Positions 1 through 7,888 of a stretch of DNA of 32,000 nucleotides are shown here, piece after piece. A model generated the notes under the pieces. The model made no database searches. It had not been told where the DNA came from and saw nothing but the letters and a program-made list of their open reading frames with translations. Where the stretch lies: contig CP091279.1 in NCBI GenBank assembly GCA_021650915.1, forward strand, positions 570,001-602,000. Reading direction: 5' to 3'. This DNA comes from Candidatus Brocadia sp. GTDB taxonomy: Bacteria > Planctomycetota > Brocadiia > Brocadiales > Brocadiaceae. Every line of letters starts with the position of its first letter. Position 1 is the first letter of the stretch. The position numbers were made by a program, and so were the translations under genes.

Positions 1-2
1 GG

Positions 3-401
3 ATAGCAGAATTAAAAGAACTCTATGACGAGGGGCTTATAACAGAAGATGATTATAAGCATAAGCTGGAAGAGATTACCGATGGTCAACCGGGGAATGG
101 TTTAACCGCCGGCGCTCCCCATGAGGAGGAAGGTGACTCCGCGCTATCTGACGGGACTCCTGACAACGAAAAAGTCAAAGATCTGAAAGAACTCTACGAC
201 GACGGACTTATCACGGAAGAAGACTATCATTTCAAGCTGAAAGAACTTTTTGGTGAAGAAAAAAAGGGTTCCTCTCTCGGTTTTTTCCCTGAAAAGGGCT
301 TAGAAAATGACAAACTCTCAGAATTAGAGGAAATGAAAAAAGAAGGACTTATTTCAGATGAGGACTATGAATTTAAAAAGTCGCAATTGCTAGACAATTA
401 A
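3..401 (+). CDS. C-terminal part of a protein carrying three SHOCT-like repeats (5' end lies outside the window)
   Basis: Frame 3 is open from the window edge to TAA 399-401. It is absent from the ORF track because no start codon lies inside the window. The translation contains three copies of one motif: IAELKELYDEGLITEDDYKHKLEEI, VKDLKELYDDGLITEEDYHFKLKELF and LSELEEMKKEGLISDEDYEFKKSQLL. These match the short C-terminal (SHOCT) domain pattern and are joined by acidic/Gly-rich linkers. Confidence 0.7.
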   Translation: MAELKELYDEGLITEDDYKHKLEEITDGQPGNGLTAGAPHEEEGDSALSDGTPDNEKVKDLKELYDDGLITEEDYHFKLKELFGEEKKGSSLGFFPEKGLENDKLSELEEMKKEGLISDEDYEFKKSQLLDN

Positions 402-507
402 ACCCCCCAGCCCTGTTGCAATTCTCCAGTCAATAGTGCTCAATTTTCCCATACGCCTCCCTGCCGATTTCGAATTACCGCAATATCGTCCTTATCAAAA
501 TTTGTTC

Positions 508-523
508 TGGCACGTGTTTCGCT
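508..523 (+). promoter_or_regulatory. Candidate sigma-54 (-24/-12) promoter upstream of the Rh channel gene
   Basis: TGGCACGtgttTCGCt compared with the consensus TGGCACG-N4-TTGCW. The GG and GC dinucleotides have the correct spacing and there is one mismatch (TTGC to TCGC). It lies about 340 nt upstream of the ATG at 865. A 7-bp inverted repeat (TTAACAT 533-539 / ATGTTAA 548-554) sits at the predicted transcription start. Confidence 0.4.
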
Positions 524-864
524 CTGTTTTTATTAACATTTCTTTATATGTTAAGACAATCGTAGAAACAGGGAATTTTCACTTGATATTTTCAGTTAAA
601 TAAACTATATATATCCCAAAATATCAGTACGAAGCAACTGGTAGCCATAGATAAGACTCCAGTGCATTATAGACGCATGATGGTTATGGAACCAGAGGGA
701 CGATGGAGATACCTTAACAAAAAGTGAAGAATATTTGGCTTAATGGCTGAAACTGTGCGCCAGTGAGAATTGTGAATAATTTGTTTATTTTACCGTAGAC
801 ATTTAGAAACATCATGTGTTGACATCATACACCATTATTTTTGCAGGAAAAGGAGGGCAATCAG

Positions 865-2256
865 ATGGCAGTAAGAAGGGTTTTGGGTTTGTGCGTGGGG
901 CTATGCCTTGGCCTTATAAGTATTGGAGCAATAGGGCACAGCTATGGCGCAGAAACCTTACAGCAGCAATCACTGGATCATGCGGTGTTTTCAATCACTG
1001 AAAACCAGGGTGATGCGCACGCGTGGTCATCGATAGAGCAGGCAGGAGGGATGGATGCCGAACGGCATACCCTTCTCCTTGCCAGCAACAGCGGAGAAAG
1101 TCAAACAACAGGCAAGGCAGAACCAGTTCCTGTTCAGGGGGGAGTTCATGGGGGAGGCGTTACGAAAGCCATGGAGGATTTTCTTGAATTGGCAAAATAC
1201 GGCAAGGCCATTCATGTCATGGCCATGCTGATGGTCGGTTTCGGATTTTTGATGGTTTTCGTGAAAAGGTATGGTTACGGCGCAGTCACGGCAACGTATG
1301 TTGCCGTAAGCATTGTTCTCCCGTATTACATGTTTCTCAAGAAAATGCATATTTTCGGAGAGCCTGCAGAATTAACCATGGATCGTTTGATCCTGGCTGA
1401 ATTTTGTGCTGCTAGTATCCTGATTGCTACCGGCGCTTTCCTGGGAAGATTAAAGATGTCCCAATACATTATTATGTCATTGATATTCGTCCCTTCGTAT
1501 ATGCTGAATGAATGGATTATGTTAGACAACGGCATGGGCCTTATCCCAAAGGGGCAGTTGATCGACACCGGCGGTTCCATTGTTATTCACCAGTTTGGTG
1601 CTTATTTTGGACTCGGTGTAATCGTCCGGATGACCACGAGTGAGGATTTTAACAAAAAAATCGAATCTGATAAGATCAGTAATCAATTCTCCATGCTGGG
1701 GAGTATGGTGCTGTGGATATTCTGGCCTTCCTTCTGTGCCGCGCCGGCAGAGATTTCCAAGATGCCAATGGCCGCAGTAAATACCGTCCTTTCGCTCTGT
1801 GGCGCAACCGTATCCACCTACATCGCAAGCACCATGATTCGGAAAAAAATTGCGATAGAAGATATGGCCAATGCAGCCCTTGCCGGTGGCGTTGCGATCG
1901 GTTCATCATGCGCCCATACCACGCCAAAAGCTTCTCTTGCGCTGGGTTTTATTGCCGGTATTTTGAGCGTCGTTGGTTTTGCCCTCATTCAACCAAGGAT
2001 TCAAAGGGCAATAAAGGGGATCGATACCTGCGGTGTTCATAATCTTCATGGAATGCCTGGCATACTTGGTGGTCTGGCGGCTATATTCATTGCAAAAGAT
2101 GTTGTGCCGGGACTGCAAATCAAGGGCGTGTTTGTGACGTTTATTATTGCCTGGATTACCGGGCTTGCTGCCGGAACGATTATATCCCTCTTTGGTTACC
2201 GGAAGCAGTCGTACGAGGATGCCGTAGAATTTATTATTGAAGAAGAGCATCACTAA
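865..2256 (+). CDS. Rh-type (Rh50-like) ammonium/ammonia channel, Amt/MEP/Rh superfamily
   Basis: This is the track ORF 841-2256. I prefer ATG 865, which is preceded by AGGAGG at 851-856. The N-terminus MAVRRVLGLCVGLCLGLISIGAIGHSYG looks like a signal peptide. Rh-family signatures DTGGSIVIHQFGAYFGLG and DTCGVHNLHGMPGILGGL are present, and the rest of the protein is polytopic and hydrophobic. Confidence 0.9.
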   Translation: MAVRRVLGLCVGLCLGLISIGAIGHSYGAETLQQQSLDHAVFSITENQGDAHAWSSIEQAGGMDAERHTLLLASNSGESQTTGKAEPVPVQGGVHGGGVTKAMEDFLELAKYGKAIHVMAMLMVGFGFLMVFVKRYGYGAVTATYVAVSIVLPYYMFLKKMHIFGEPAELTMDRLILAEFCAASILIATGAFLGRLKMSQYIIMSLIFVPSYMLNEWIMLDNGMGLIPKGQLIDTGGSIVIHQFGAYFGLGVIVRMTTSEDFNKKIESDKISNQFSMLGSMVLWIFWPSFCAAPAEISKMPMAAVNTVLSLCGATVSTYIASTMIRKKIAIEDMANAALAGGVAIGSSCAHTTPKASLALGFIAGILSVVGFALIQPRIQRAIKGIDTCGVHNLHGMPGILGGLAAIFIAKDVVPGLQIKGVFVTFIIAWITGLAAGTIISLFGYRKQSYEDAVEFIIEEEHH

Positions 2257-2281
2257 GGGTTTCTCAAAAAATTTAGCACTG

Positions 2282-2323
2282 AAAACCTCCTGTATTCGTA
2301 AAATACAGGAGGTTTTTTATTTT
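2282..2323 (+). terminator. Rho-independent terminator of the Rh gene
   Basis: Perfect 14-bp stem aaaacctcctgtat (2282-2295) / atacaggaggtttt (2303-2316) with a 7-nt loop, running into TTTTTTATTTT. Confidence 0.85.
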
Positions 2324-2482
2324 CCGTACAGGAATTTCAGACAGAAAGTCCAATGGCTGGGATGTGGAACAAACACCTTAGAAAAGAAATCCGCGCTTGG
2401 GAGTTGACTCTCCGGCGATATTCTGATATACCTTTCTCATCAGGATCGAATTGCAAAAATTTATCACAGGAGTTACAGCGCA

Positions 2483-2755
2483 ATGGATTGGAAGATTCTC
2501 GTGAGCACCTTCATTACGATCTTTTTGGCAGAACTTGGCGACAAGACACAGCTCGCGTCCATCCTGATGACCAGTAAGACAAATAAACCGGTACTGGTTT
2601 TTATCGGCACCATGCTTGCATTTGCCGTCGTGACGGTTATCGGGGTTGCAGCGGGTACGATTATCACCAAATTTTTGCCCATTTATCTGATTAAGATGGG
2701 GGCGGCTATTGCATTTATTATTATTGGTATCCTTATTTTATTTGGTAAAATTTGA
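2483..2755 (+). CDS. UPF0016 (GDT1/TMEM165-type) half-size cation transporter-like membrane protein
   Basis: 90 aa with three hydrophobic segments. The family motif E-x-G-D-K-T (LAELGDKTQL) lies in the first segment. Confidence 0.75.
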   Translation: MDWKILVSTFITIFLAELGDKTQLASILMTSKTNKPVLVFIGTMLAFAVVTVIGVAAGTIITKFLPIYLIKMGAAIAFIIIGILILFGKI

Positions 2756-2756
2756 A

Positions 2757-3194
2757 GTGGACGAAAACGATCCGATACAGCATGCACAACGGGTAGGAAA
2801 AGTAGCAAACCTGACCATTTTTCTTGGCATCCTAGGCATCATCCTGAGTGTTCTTGCGCTTACGATAAGCCACGGGCTTGCACAGCGCGGCTATGGATTC
2901 GGCTATCTTACGACAGGATTATTCATGATTGCTTTGGGATATGGCATCCGTTACCGCTCTCAACACTGTTTGTACGCTTCCATTGCCTTGTTTGTGGCTC
3001 TTTCGTGCAATTTTCTTGTCAGATTCCTTATCCAGCACACGACGTATCTTACCCTCCGGTTCGCGTTATGCTGCTGGGTATCCTTTCGGCTCATTTGCGT
3101 CATTCCTTCAATGCGTGTACTTGTTGCGACAAAGGTCTTCCCCGATAAGAATAACCGTTTTCTGAAACTTTTCCTCAAACAAAAACGAACATGA
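2757..3194 (+). CDS. Hypothetical polytopic membrane protein (start uncertain: 2709 ATG or 2757 GTG)
   Basis: The ORF is open from 2709 to 3194. The ATG at 2709 would overlap the previous gene by 47 nt, whereas the in-frame GTG at 2757 follows its stop directly. The protein has three to four hydrophobic helices and no family I recognise. Its stop overlaps the trpC start (ATGA at 3191-3194). Confidence 0.45.
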   Translation: MDENDPIQHAQRVGKVANLTIFLGILGIILSVLALTISHGLAQRGYGFGYLTTGLFMIALGYGIRYRSQHCLYASIALFVALSCNFLVRFLIQHTTYLTLRFALCCWVSFRLICVIPSMRVLVATKVFPDKNNRFLKLFLKQKRT

Positions 3195-3973
3195 CTATTT
3201 TAGACACTATTTATCACCACAAGATAGTTGAAGTTGAGAAAAAGAAAAAACATGTTCCTCTCGGTTCATTGGAGAAGAGGATTCACAAGAGGCGACACGC
3301 GAAATCTTTTGGAAGTGTGCTACAATCTGACACAAATATCAGCATCATTGCAGAGATCAAGAAGGCGTCGCCTTCGCTGGGGGTCATCAGGGAAGATTTT
3401 CAACCGACCGAAATTGCCCGTCTTTACCAAAAGGGCGGTGCTGCCGCCATTTCCGTCCTGACCGACGAAAAATACTTTCAGGGCAAATTATCTTATTTGA
3501 CCGATGTCAAAAGATCCGTGGATTTACCCGTGCTGAGAAAGGACTTCATTATTGATCCGTATCAAATTTATGAGGCGCAATCTGCCGGAGCAGATGCCAT
3601 ATTGCTTATTGCTGCGCTTCTTTCGAAAGAGACGATCCAGCGCTATTTAGATCTGGCGAAAGATCTGGAAATGGATTGCTTGGTTGAAGTGCATACAGAA
3701 TCGGAATTGCAAAAAGTATTGCAAACGGACGCTGCTATCATTGGTATCAACAACCGCGATCTTGCAACATTCAGCGTCAGTCTGGAAACCACTTTTCGGC
3801 TCAGGTCCATGATTCCTGAAGGGAAAATTATTGTCAGTGAAAGCGGGATAAAATCACGCTCAGAAATCGTGCAGTTATTCAATAAGGGAATTAACGCTAT
3901 TTTGGTTGGTGAAACCTTAATGAAAAGCAACAATATACCAGCGACACTTCAGGAATTTCTGGGAAAAGCGTAA
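3191..3973 (+). CDS. trpC: Indole-3-glycerol phosphate synthase
   Basis: 260 aa with classic TrpC blocks: IIAEIKKASPSLGVIREDF, ISVLTDEKYFQG, LPVLRKDFIIDPYQI and IGINNRDL. Confidence 0.95.
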   Translation: MTILDTIYHHKIVEVEKKKKHVPLGSLEKRIHKRRHAKSFGSVLQSDTNISIIAEIKKASPSLGVIREDFQPTEIARLYQKGGAAAISVLTDEKYFQGKLSYLTDVKRSVDLPVLRKDFIIDPYQIYEAQSAGADAILLIAALLSKETIQRYLDLAKDLEMDCLVEVHTESELQKVLQTDAAIIGINNRDLATFSVSLETTFRLRSMIPEGKIIVSESGIKSRSEIVQLFNKGINAILVGETLMKSNNIPATLQEFLGKA

Positions 3974-4303
3974 TTATTTTAGTTGTGCATCCAGCGCGGC
4001 CTTTAAGTCTTTCTTGGATTTAACTCCAACCATTTTATTCACTGCCTGGCCATTTTTAAACAAAATAAGCGTCGGTATTGCCGTAATTCCGAATTTAGCG
4101 GGGGTGTTATTATTTTCTTCCGTATCAAGTTTTCCCACCTTTGCCTTACCCTTGTATTCCGTTGCGAGTTCGTCTATTATGGGGGCCAGTTGGCGGCAAG
4201 GACCGCACCAGGATGCCCAAAAATCTACTAATACCGGAACACTTGATTTTATGACCTCTCCTTCAAAATTTGCATCAGTGATGACCGCGACATCTCCAGA
4301 CAT
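3974..4303 (-). CDS. trxA: Thioredoxin
   Basis: Contains the WCGPC active site (DFWASWCGPCRQLAP) and has typical Trx length. The track start is 4309. I prefer the second ATG at 4303, which lies 6 nt after the AAGGAGG at 4310-4316. The stop codon abuts the trpC stop with no spacer. Confidence 0.92.
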   Translation of the reverse strand: MSGDVAVITDANFEGEVIKSSVPVLVDFWASWCGPCRQLAPIIDELATEYKGKAKVGKLDTEENNNTPAKFGITAIPTLILFKNGQAVNKMVGVKSKKDLKAALDAQLK

Positions 4304-4314
4304 ATCCATCCTCC

Positions 4315-4617
4315 TTATTCATCTTTTTTTTGATAATTGTCACCGACAAAAAGATTGCAGTGACATTCGCCATCGCGTTTAATTTCTTCAGCGTGGTAAA
4401 CACACGGACAAATAATTTTTCTGTCTTTTTCCTTGTCTCCCGAAACCAAACGACAGGGGCAGTATGCGTATCCGAATTTAATCGTGCGCATTGCCAGCCC
4501 CTTTACTACCCGATCAACAATAGCATCGTCCGGGTTGAGCTTGTAATGGCTGCGAACCGTATATTCATTAAGCATCTTGCGGATTTGTATCGCTTCTTGT
4601 TCCCGGTTGTCATTCAT
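4315..4617 (-). CDS. Ferredoxin:thioredoxin reductase catalytic-subunit-like protein (FTR-like)
   Basis: 100 aa with the CPC...CPC...CHC cysteine pattern (YCPCRLV, IICPCVY, GECHCNLF) characteristic of the FTR catalytic chain. Its stop lies 5 nt from the first ATG of trxA (4309) and 11 nt from the preferred trxA start at 4303. Confidence 0.8.
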   Translation of the reverse strand: MNDNREQEAIQIRKMLNEYTVRSHYKLNPDDAIVDRVVKGLAMRTIKFGYAYCPCRLVSGDKEKDRKIICPCVYHAEEIKRDGECHCNLFVGDNYQKKDE

Positions 4618-4672
4618 GGCATTCTATCTATGGAACGATTTTGTCGTTTTTATCTAATATTATGAAAAAGTT

Positions 4673-4701
4673 AATCTAAAATAATTATGCTTGTATGTCA
4701 A
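4673..4701 (-). promoter_or_regulatory. Candidate sigma-70 promoter for the FTR-like/trxA pair
   Basis: On the minus strand this reads TTGACA (4701-4696), a 17-nt spacer, then TAGATT (4678-4673). It lies about 55 nt upstream of the FTR-like start. Confidence 0.4.
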
Positions 4702-4836
4702 ATTAATTTCCAAGCAAGAGGGCCAGTGAACGGAAGGTTACCGATGAATGGTATATCCAATGATTGCGCAACCGTCTCACTTCAAAAAATTCCAATAAGA
4801 GCACTGTTTGCCATGCATACTTTTCAGGAGAAAATA

Positions 4837-6117
4837 TCAGATCTGATCGGTGTGATGAAATATCCCAAATAATTTTCTGATGATTTCCACGTATCGGTAC
4901 CCGCCGCCGTTTTTAGCCTCCTGTTTAGCAACTTTTGCCGGATGGTGGAGGAGTTTATTTATGGTGCGTTCCACGGTGTAGACAACCTGCTCCCACTCGC
5001 CGTTGTCTATGCTTTTGAGTTTTGGCTTCAGACGGCAAAGCTCTTCTTTTCCAATGGTGTGAAAATGATTGCGGAGCAGCGTGATCGCCGGTTCTATCTT
5101 CATTTCCTCAAGCCTTGCCATAAAGTGCTCAACCTCTTCTTCAATAATGGCGCGGCATTTTTCCACTTCTCTGGTTCTTTCATCAATATTCTGGCTTACC
5201 ACGGACTGCAGGTCATCAATATTATAGAGGTACACATTGTCAATGTTGGCAATTTCAGGTTCGATATCGCGAGGGACGGCGATATCTAAAAGAAACATGG
5301 GGTTCCCCCTTCGGTGTCTGATGGCATCTTTTACCTGGTTCGCATGAATTACATAGTGTGGAGCCGAGGTTGAACTAATAATAATATCCGCTTTTGCAAG
5401 GTATTCACCGAGCAATTCATATTTGATGGCCTGCCCCTGAAAAGCATTGGCAATCTCCTGCGCACGCTCAAAGGTGCGGTTTGCAACAACGATCGTACGC
5501 GCTCCTTCTTCATAAAGATGTTTCAATAAAAGCTCGCACATCTCACCGGCGCCAACGACAAGGACCATCTTACCGGTGAAATCCTGAAATATCTTTTCGG
5601 CAAATTCCACTGCTACGGAACTTATCGAAACCTTTTTCTTTCCAATGGCGGTTCTGGTATGCACAATCTTTGCAACATTGAGCGCCTGCTGAAACAACTG
5701 ATTCATAACCTTGCCCGTTGCCTCTTCCATGGACGCCGTCGTGTAAGCCTCTTTTACCTGCGAAAGGATTTGCGATTCACCGAGCACCATGGAATCAAGA
5801 CTGGCGGTGACAAAGAAGAGATGGTCTACGGCGCGGTCGTCAGTGTAGTGATACATGTAGGGGGAAAACTCGTCTAATGCGATCTTATGAAAATCTGCGA
5901 AAAAAGAAAGAATGTCTTCCGTTTTTACCCCGCCGTCCATTGTTGATGCATACATCTCTACGCGGTTACAGGTTGATAAGATAACGCTTTCCGCCGTTTG
6001 ATACCGGTGGAGAAATAAAGACAACGCCGTGGGGATGTTCGTAGCATTAAAAGCTATTTTTTCCCTTACCTCCACGGGGGCTGATTTATGATTGAGTCCA
6101 ACAACCAGAATACTCAT
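4837..6117 (-). CDS. hemA: Glutamyl-tRNA reductase
   Basis: 426 aa. The N-terminus MSILVVGLNHKSAPVEVREKIAF, the STCNRVE active-site block and the Rossmann motif VLVVGAGEM are all typical of HemA. Confidence 0.95.
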   Translation of the reverse strand: MSILVVGLNHKSAPVEVREKIAFNATNIPTALSLFLHRYQTAESVILSTCNRVEMYASTMDGGVKTEDILSFFADFHKIALDEFSPYMYHYTDDRAVDHLFFVTASLDSMVLGESQILSQVKEAYTTASMEEATGKVMNQLFQQALNVAKIVHTRTAIGKKKVSISSVAVEFAEKIFQDFTGKMVLVVGAGEMCELLLKHLYEEGARTIVVANRTFERAQEIANAFQGQAIKYELLGEYLAKADIIISSTSAPHYVIHANQVKDAIRHRRGNPMFLLDIAVPRDIEPEIANIDNVYLYNIDDLQSVVSQNIDERTREVEKCRAIIEEEVEHFMARLEEMKIEPAITLLRNHFHTIGKEELCRLKPKLKSIDNGEWEQVVYTVERTINKLLHHPAKVAKQEAKNGGGYRYVEIIRKLFGIFHHTDQI

Positions 6118-6161
6118 ACAGAATCCTTACGTAACAGAGCACGCGCTTGTTTGCGGCACAT

Positions 6162-7019
6162 TCAAAACTCTGTGTGAACTTGTTCGCTTACCTTTTGAAA
6201 GGCATGTTTGGTACCCATAAAAAAGGTGCCGATAAAAGTGAACAACACCAGGCAAAAACCTGCTATCGTCAGACAAGCGATCTTCGTACCATGAAATGAA
6301 GCAACCAGTCTCATATGCAGGAGCGCTGCATAAATGAGCCATGTGGCCAAGCCCAGAACAACCTTATAATCCAGATACCACTGCTCACCCAGGATATTTT
6401 GCGTTTTGACCCAGAATGTGCCAAACACCAGTCCGAGCGTAAGGAGTGGAAATCCAAAGGAAATAGTTTTCCACATGAGCCGGTCGATTCCCTCCAGCGA
6501 AGGCAACCTCGTAAAAAGTGGGCCGAACAGTTTATGCTTTAATTGTCGCTGCTGCGTTAAATACATGATACTCAGGCTAAAAGATATTGTAAAGGAGGCA
6601 TAGCCAATAAAGATGGGGATGATATGGGCTATGAGCCAGAAGTTCTGAAGACTGACGGTAAGGAAAAGATCTCCCCCATCGAACGTAAGCGCCCAGAGAG
6701 AAAGCGCCGTAACAACAGGGACCAAAAATGTATCTAATGAGGGCAATTTATACAAATAATCCAGGTTAATATACACAAACAAAATACACCATATCAATGA
6801 TATAAACGATTCATAAACATTGGTTATCGGGATGTTTCCTGACTCCAGACCCAGAAATATTAAAAAGCCACTGTGGGTAAGAAATCCCATCATCATTGAC
6901 CACTTAGCCACTTTTTTGTTAAAAAAGGCAGGCTTTATAATGTGGCCTATTGACCACACGGAGGAGATAAAATACAAGAATATCACAACGATAAAAGGGA
7001 TTTGAGAAAAAGTGATCAT
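6162..7019 (-). CDS. Cytochrome c assembly protein family membrane protein (CcsA/HemX-like)
   Basis: Eight or so hydrophobic helices and a degenerate Trp-rich block (GTFWVKTQNILGEQWYLDYKVVLGLATW) resembling the CcsA/HemX WGxxWxWD region. It sits directly upstream of hemA on the same strand, recalling the hemA-hemX linkage in Bacillus. The track start at 7025 is TTG, and the ATG at 7019 is more likely. Confidence 0.75.
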   Translation of the reverse strand: MITFSQIPFIVVIFLYFISSVWSIGHIIKPAFFNKKVAKWSMMMGFLTHSGFLIFLGLESGNIPITNVYESFISLIWCILFVYINLDYLYKLPSLDTFLVPVVTALSLWALTFDGGDLFLTVSLQNFWLIAHIIPIFIGYASFTISFSLSIMYLTQQRQLKHKLFGPLFTRLPSLEGIDRLMWKTISFGFPLLTLGLVFGTFWVKTQNILGEQWYLDYKVVLGLATWLIYAALLHMRLVASFHGTKIACLTIAGFCLVLFTFIGTFFMGTKHAFQKVSEQVHTEF

Positions 7020-7111
7020 ACGCAAGTAAGTGTAAAAGATAAAGAGTTATTAATCAATGAAAATTTTGGACATGCTTCCGTTTTCAGAGAGGTCACGCGT
7101 GTTTTTTTTCA

Positions 7112-7140
7112 TTGACAAAAACTCCGTTGTTCGCTAACCT
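7112..7140 (+). promoter_or_regulatory. Candidate sigma-70 promoter for the DUF1858/Nfu cluster
   Basis: TTGACA (7112-7117), a 17-nt spacer, then TAACCT (7135-7140). The -10 element is weak. Confidence 0.3.
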
Positions 7141-7287
7141 TAACTTGTTTGGTGAAGAAACCGATAAAGCCTCGGCAGTGATATGAAATGATAGATAAAT
7201 CAATAGTTCTTTAATCAAGACGAGCAGATTATTTCAGGGATTTGTTGCCCTTATCCTGCAAGATTTTTTTATGAGGAACCTAAACAC

Positions 7288-7518
7288 ATGACTGAAGCTT
7301 TAAAAAAAATAACAAAAAAGACGAGTATCGGGGAGGTAATTAAACAATATCCTGAAACAGAACCTGTTGTAAAGAAATATTTTGGAGCCGGTTGTTTTAC
7401 CTGTCCGGGATCAAAAACAGAAGACATTGCGTTTGGTGCCGCTATGCACAATGTTGATCCGGAAGTAATAATTAAAGAATTGAATGACGTTATTGAAAAG
7501 AATAAAACCAAACCTTAA
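7288..7518 (+). CDS. DUF1858-type small redox-disulfide protein (hybrid-cluster-protein-associated domain family)
   Basis: 76 aa. The pattern TSIGEVIKQYPETEPVVKKYFGAGCFTCPGSKTEDIAFGAAMHNVDPEVIIKELN matches the DUF1858 layout with its CxxC. GAGGAA lies 9 nt upstream of the ATG. Confidence 0.7.
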   Translation: MTEALKKITKKTSIGEVIKQYPETEPVVKKYFGAGCFTCPGSKTEDIAFGAAMHNVDPEVIIKELNDVIEKNKTKP

Positions 7519-7534
7519 ACCCAGGAGGATTTTC

Positions 7535-7756
7535 ATGAAAGAGAAGATTGAAGAAGCGTTGAAAAGTATCAGACCTGCATTACAAGCTGATGGTGGCGAT
7601 ATAGAGCTGGTAGATGTGCAAGACGGTGTTGTAAAGGTACGTTTACGAGGTGCATGTGGCACGTGTCCCAGTGCGCTTATGACACTAAAATACGGGGTAG
7701 AAGAACGCCTCAAAGAGGAGATTCCGGAGGTAAAATCCGTAGAGCTTGCATCATAA
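7535..7756 (+). CDS. NifU C-terminal-domain (Nfu-type) Fe-S cluster carrier
   Basis: ATG 7535 is preceded by AGGAGG (7523-7528), and the track's upstream start at 7484 is unlikely. The sequence IRPALQADGGDIELVDVQDGVVKVRLRGACGTCPSALMTLK carries the Nfu CxxC motif. Confidence 0.85.
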   Translation: MKEKIEEALKSIRPALQADGGDIELVDVQDGVVKVRLRGACGTCPSALMTLKYGVEERLKEEIPEVKSVELAS

Positions 7757-7888
7757 ACCGCACAAAGGCTACGAATGTTTTTGCCAGAAAACAGGGCAGA
7801 TTATCTTTCGACGCGTTTGGAAGGATTGTTTTATAGAGACTTTAAGCCTGTGTAATTTCATGTAAATTTCACGCTGAGGAGCTTTTGA

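Noticed and set aside
816-1001. The track ORF 816-1001 (61 aa) and the TTG start at 841 for the Rh gene
   Set aside because: ORF 816-1001 overlaps the Rh gene out of frame and has no RBS. The AGGAGG at 851-856 is positioned for ATG 865, so the residues encoded from 841 are unlikely to be translated.
1027-2253. Minus-strand and alternative-frame ORFs inside the Rh gene (1027-1350, 1326-1580, 1676-1927, 1713-2042, 1906-2253)
   Set aside because: They lie entirely within a strongly supported coding region. Their translations are Arg/Cys/His-rich junk typical of antisense frames.
2330-2482. Possible Mn2+ (yybP-ykoY) riboswitch ahead of the UPF0016 gene, because that family is often so regulated
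   Set aside because: Only vague resemblances are present (GGGAGUUGA, GAUAUACCUUU), and they lie about 45 nt apart. That is far too short for the four-helix motif, and the conserved GGGGAGUAG / GAGACAUAC pair is missing.
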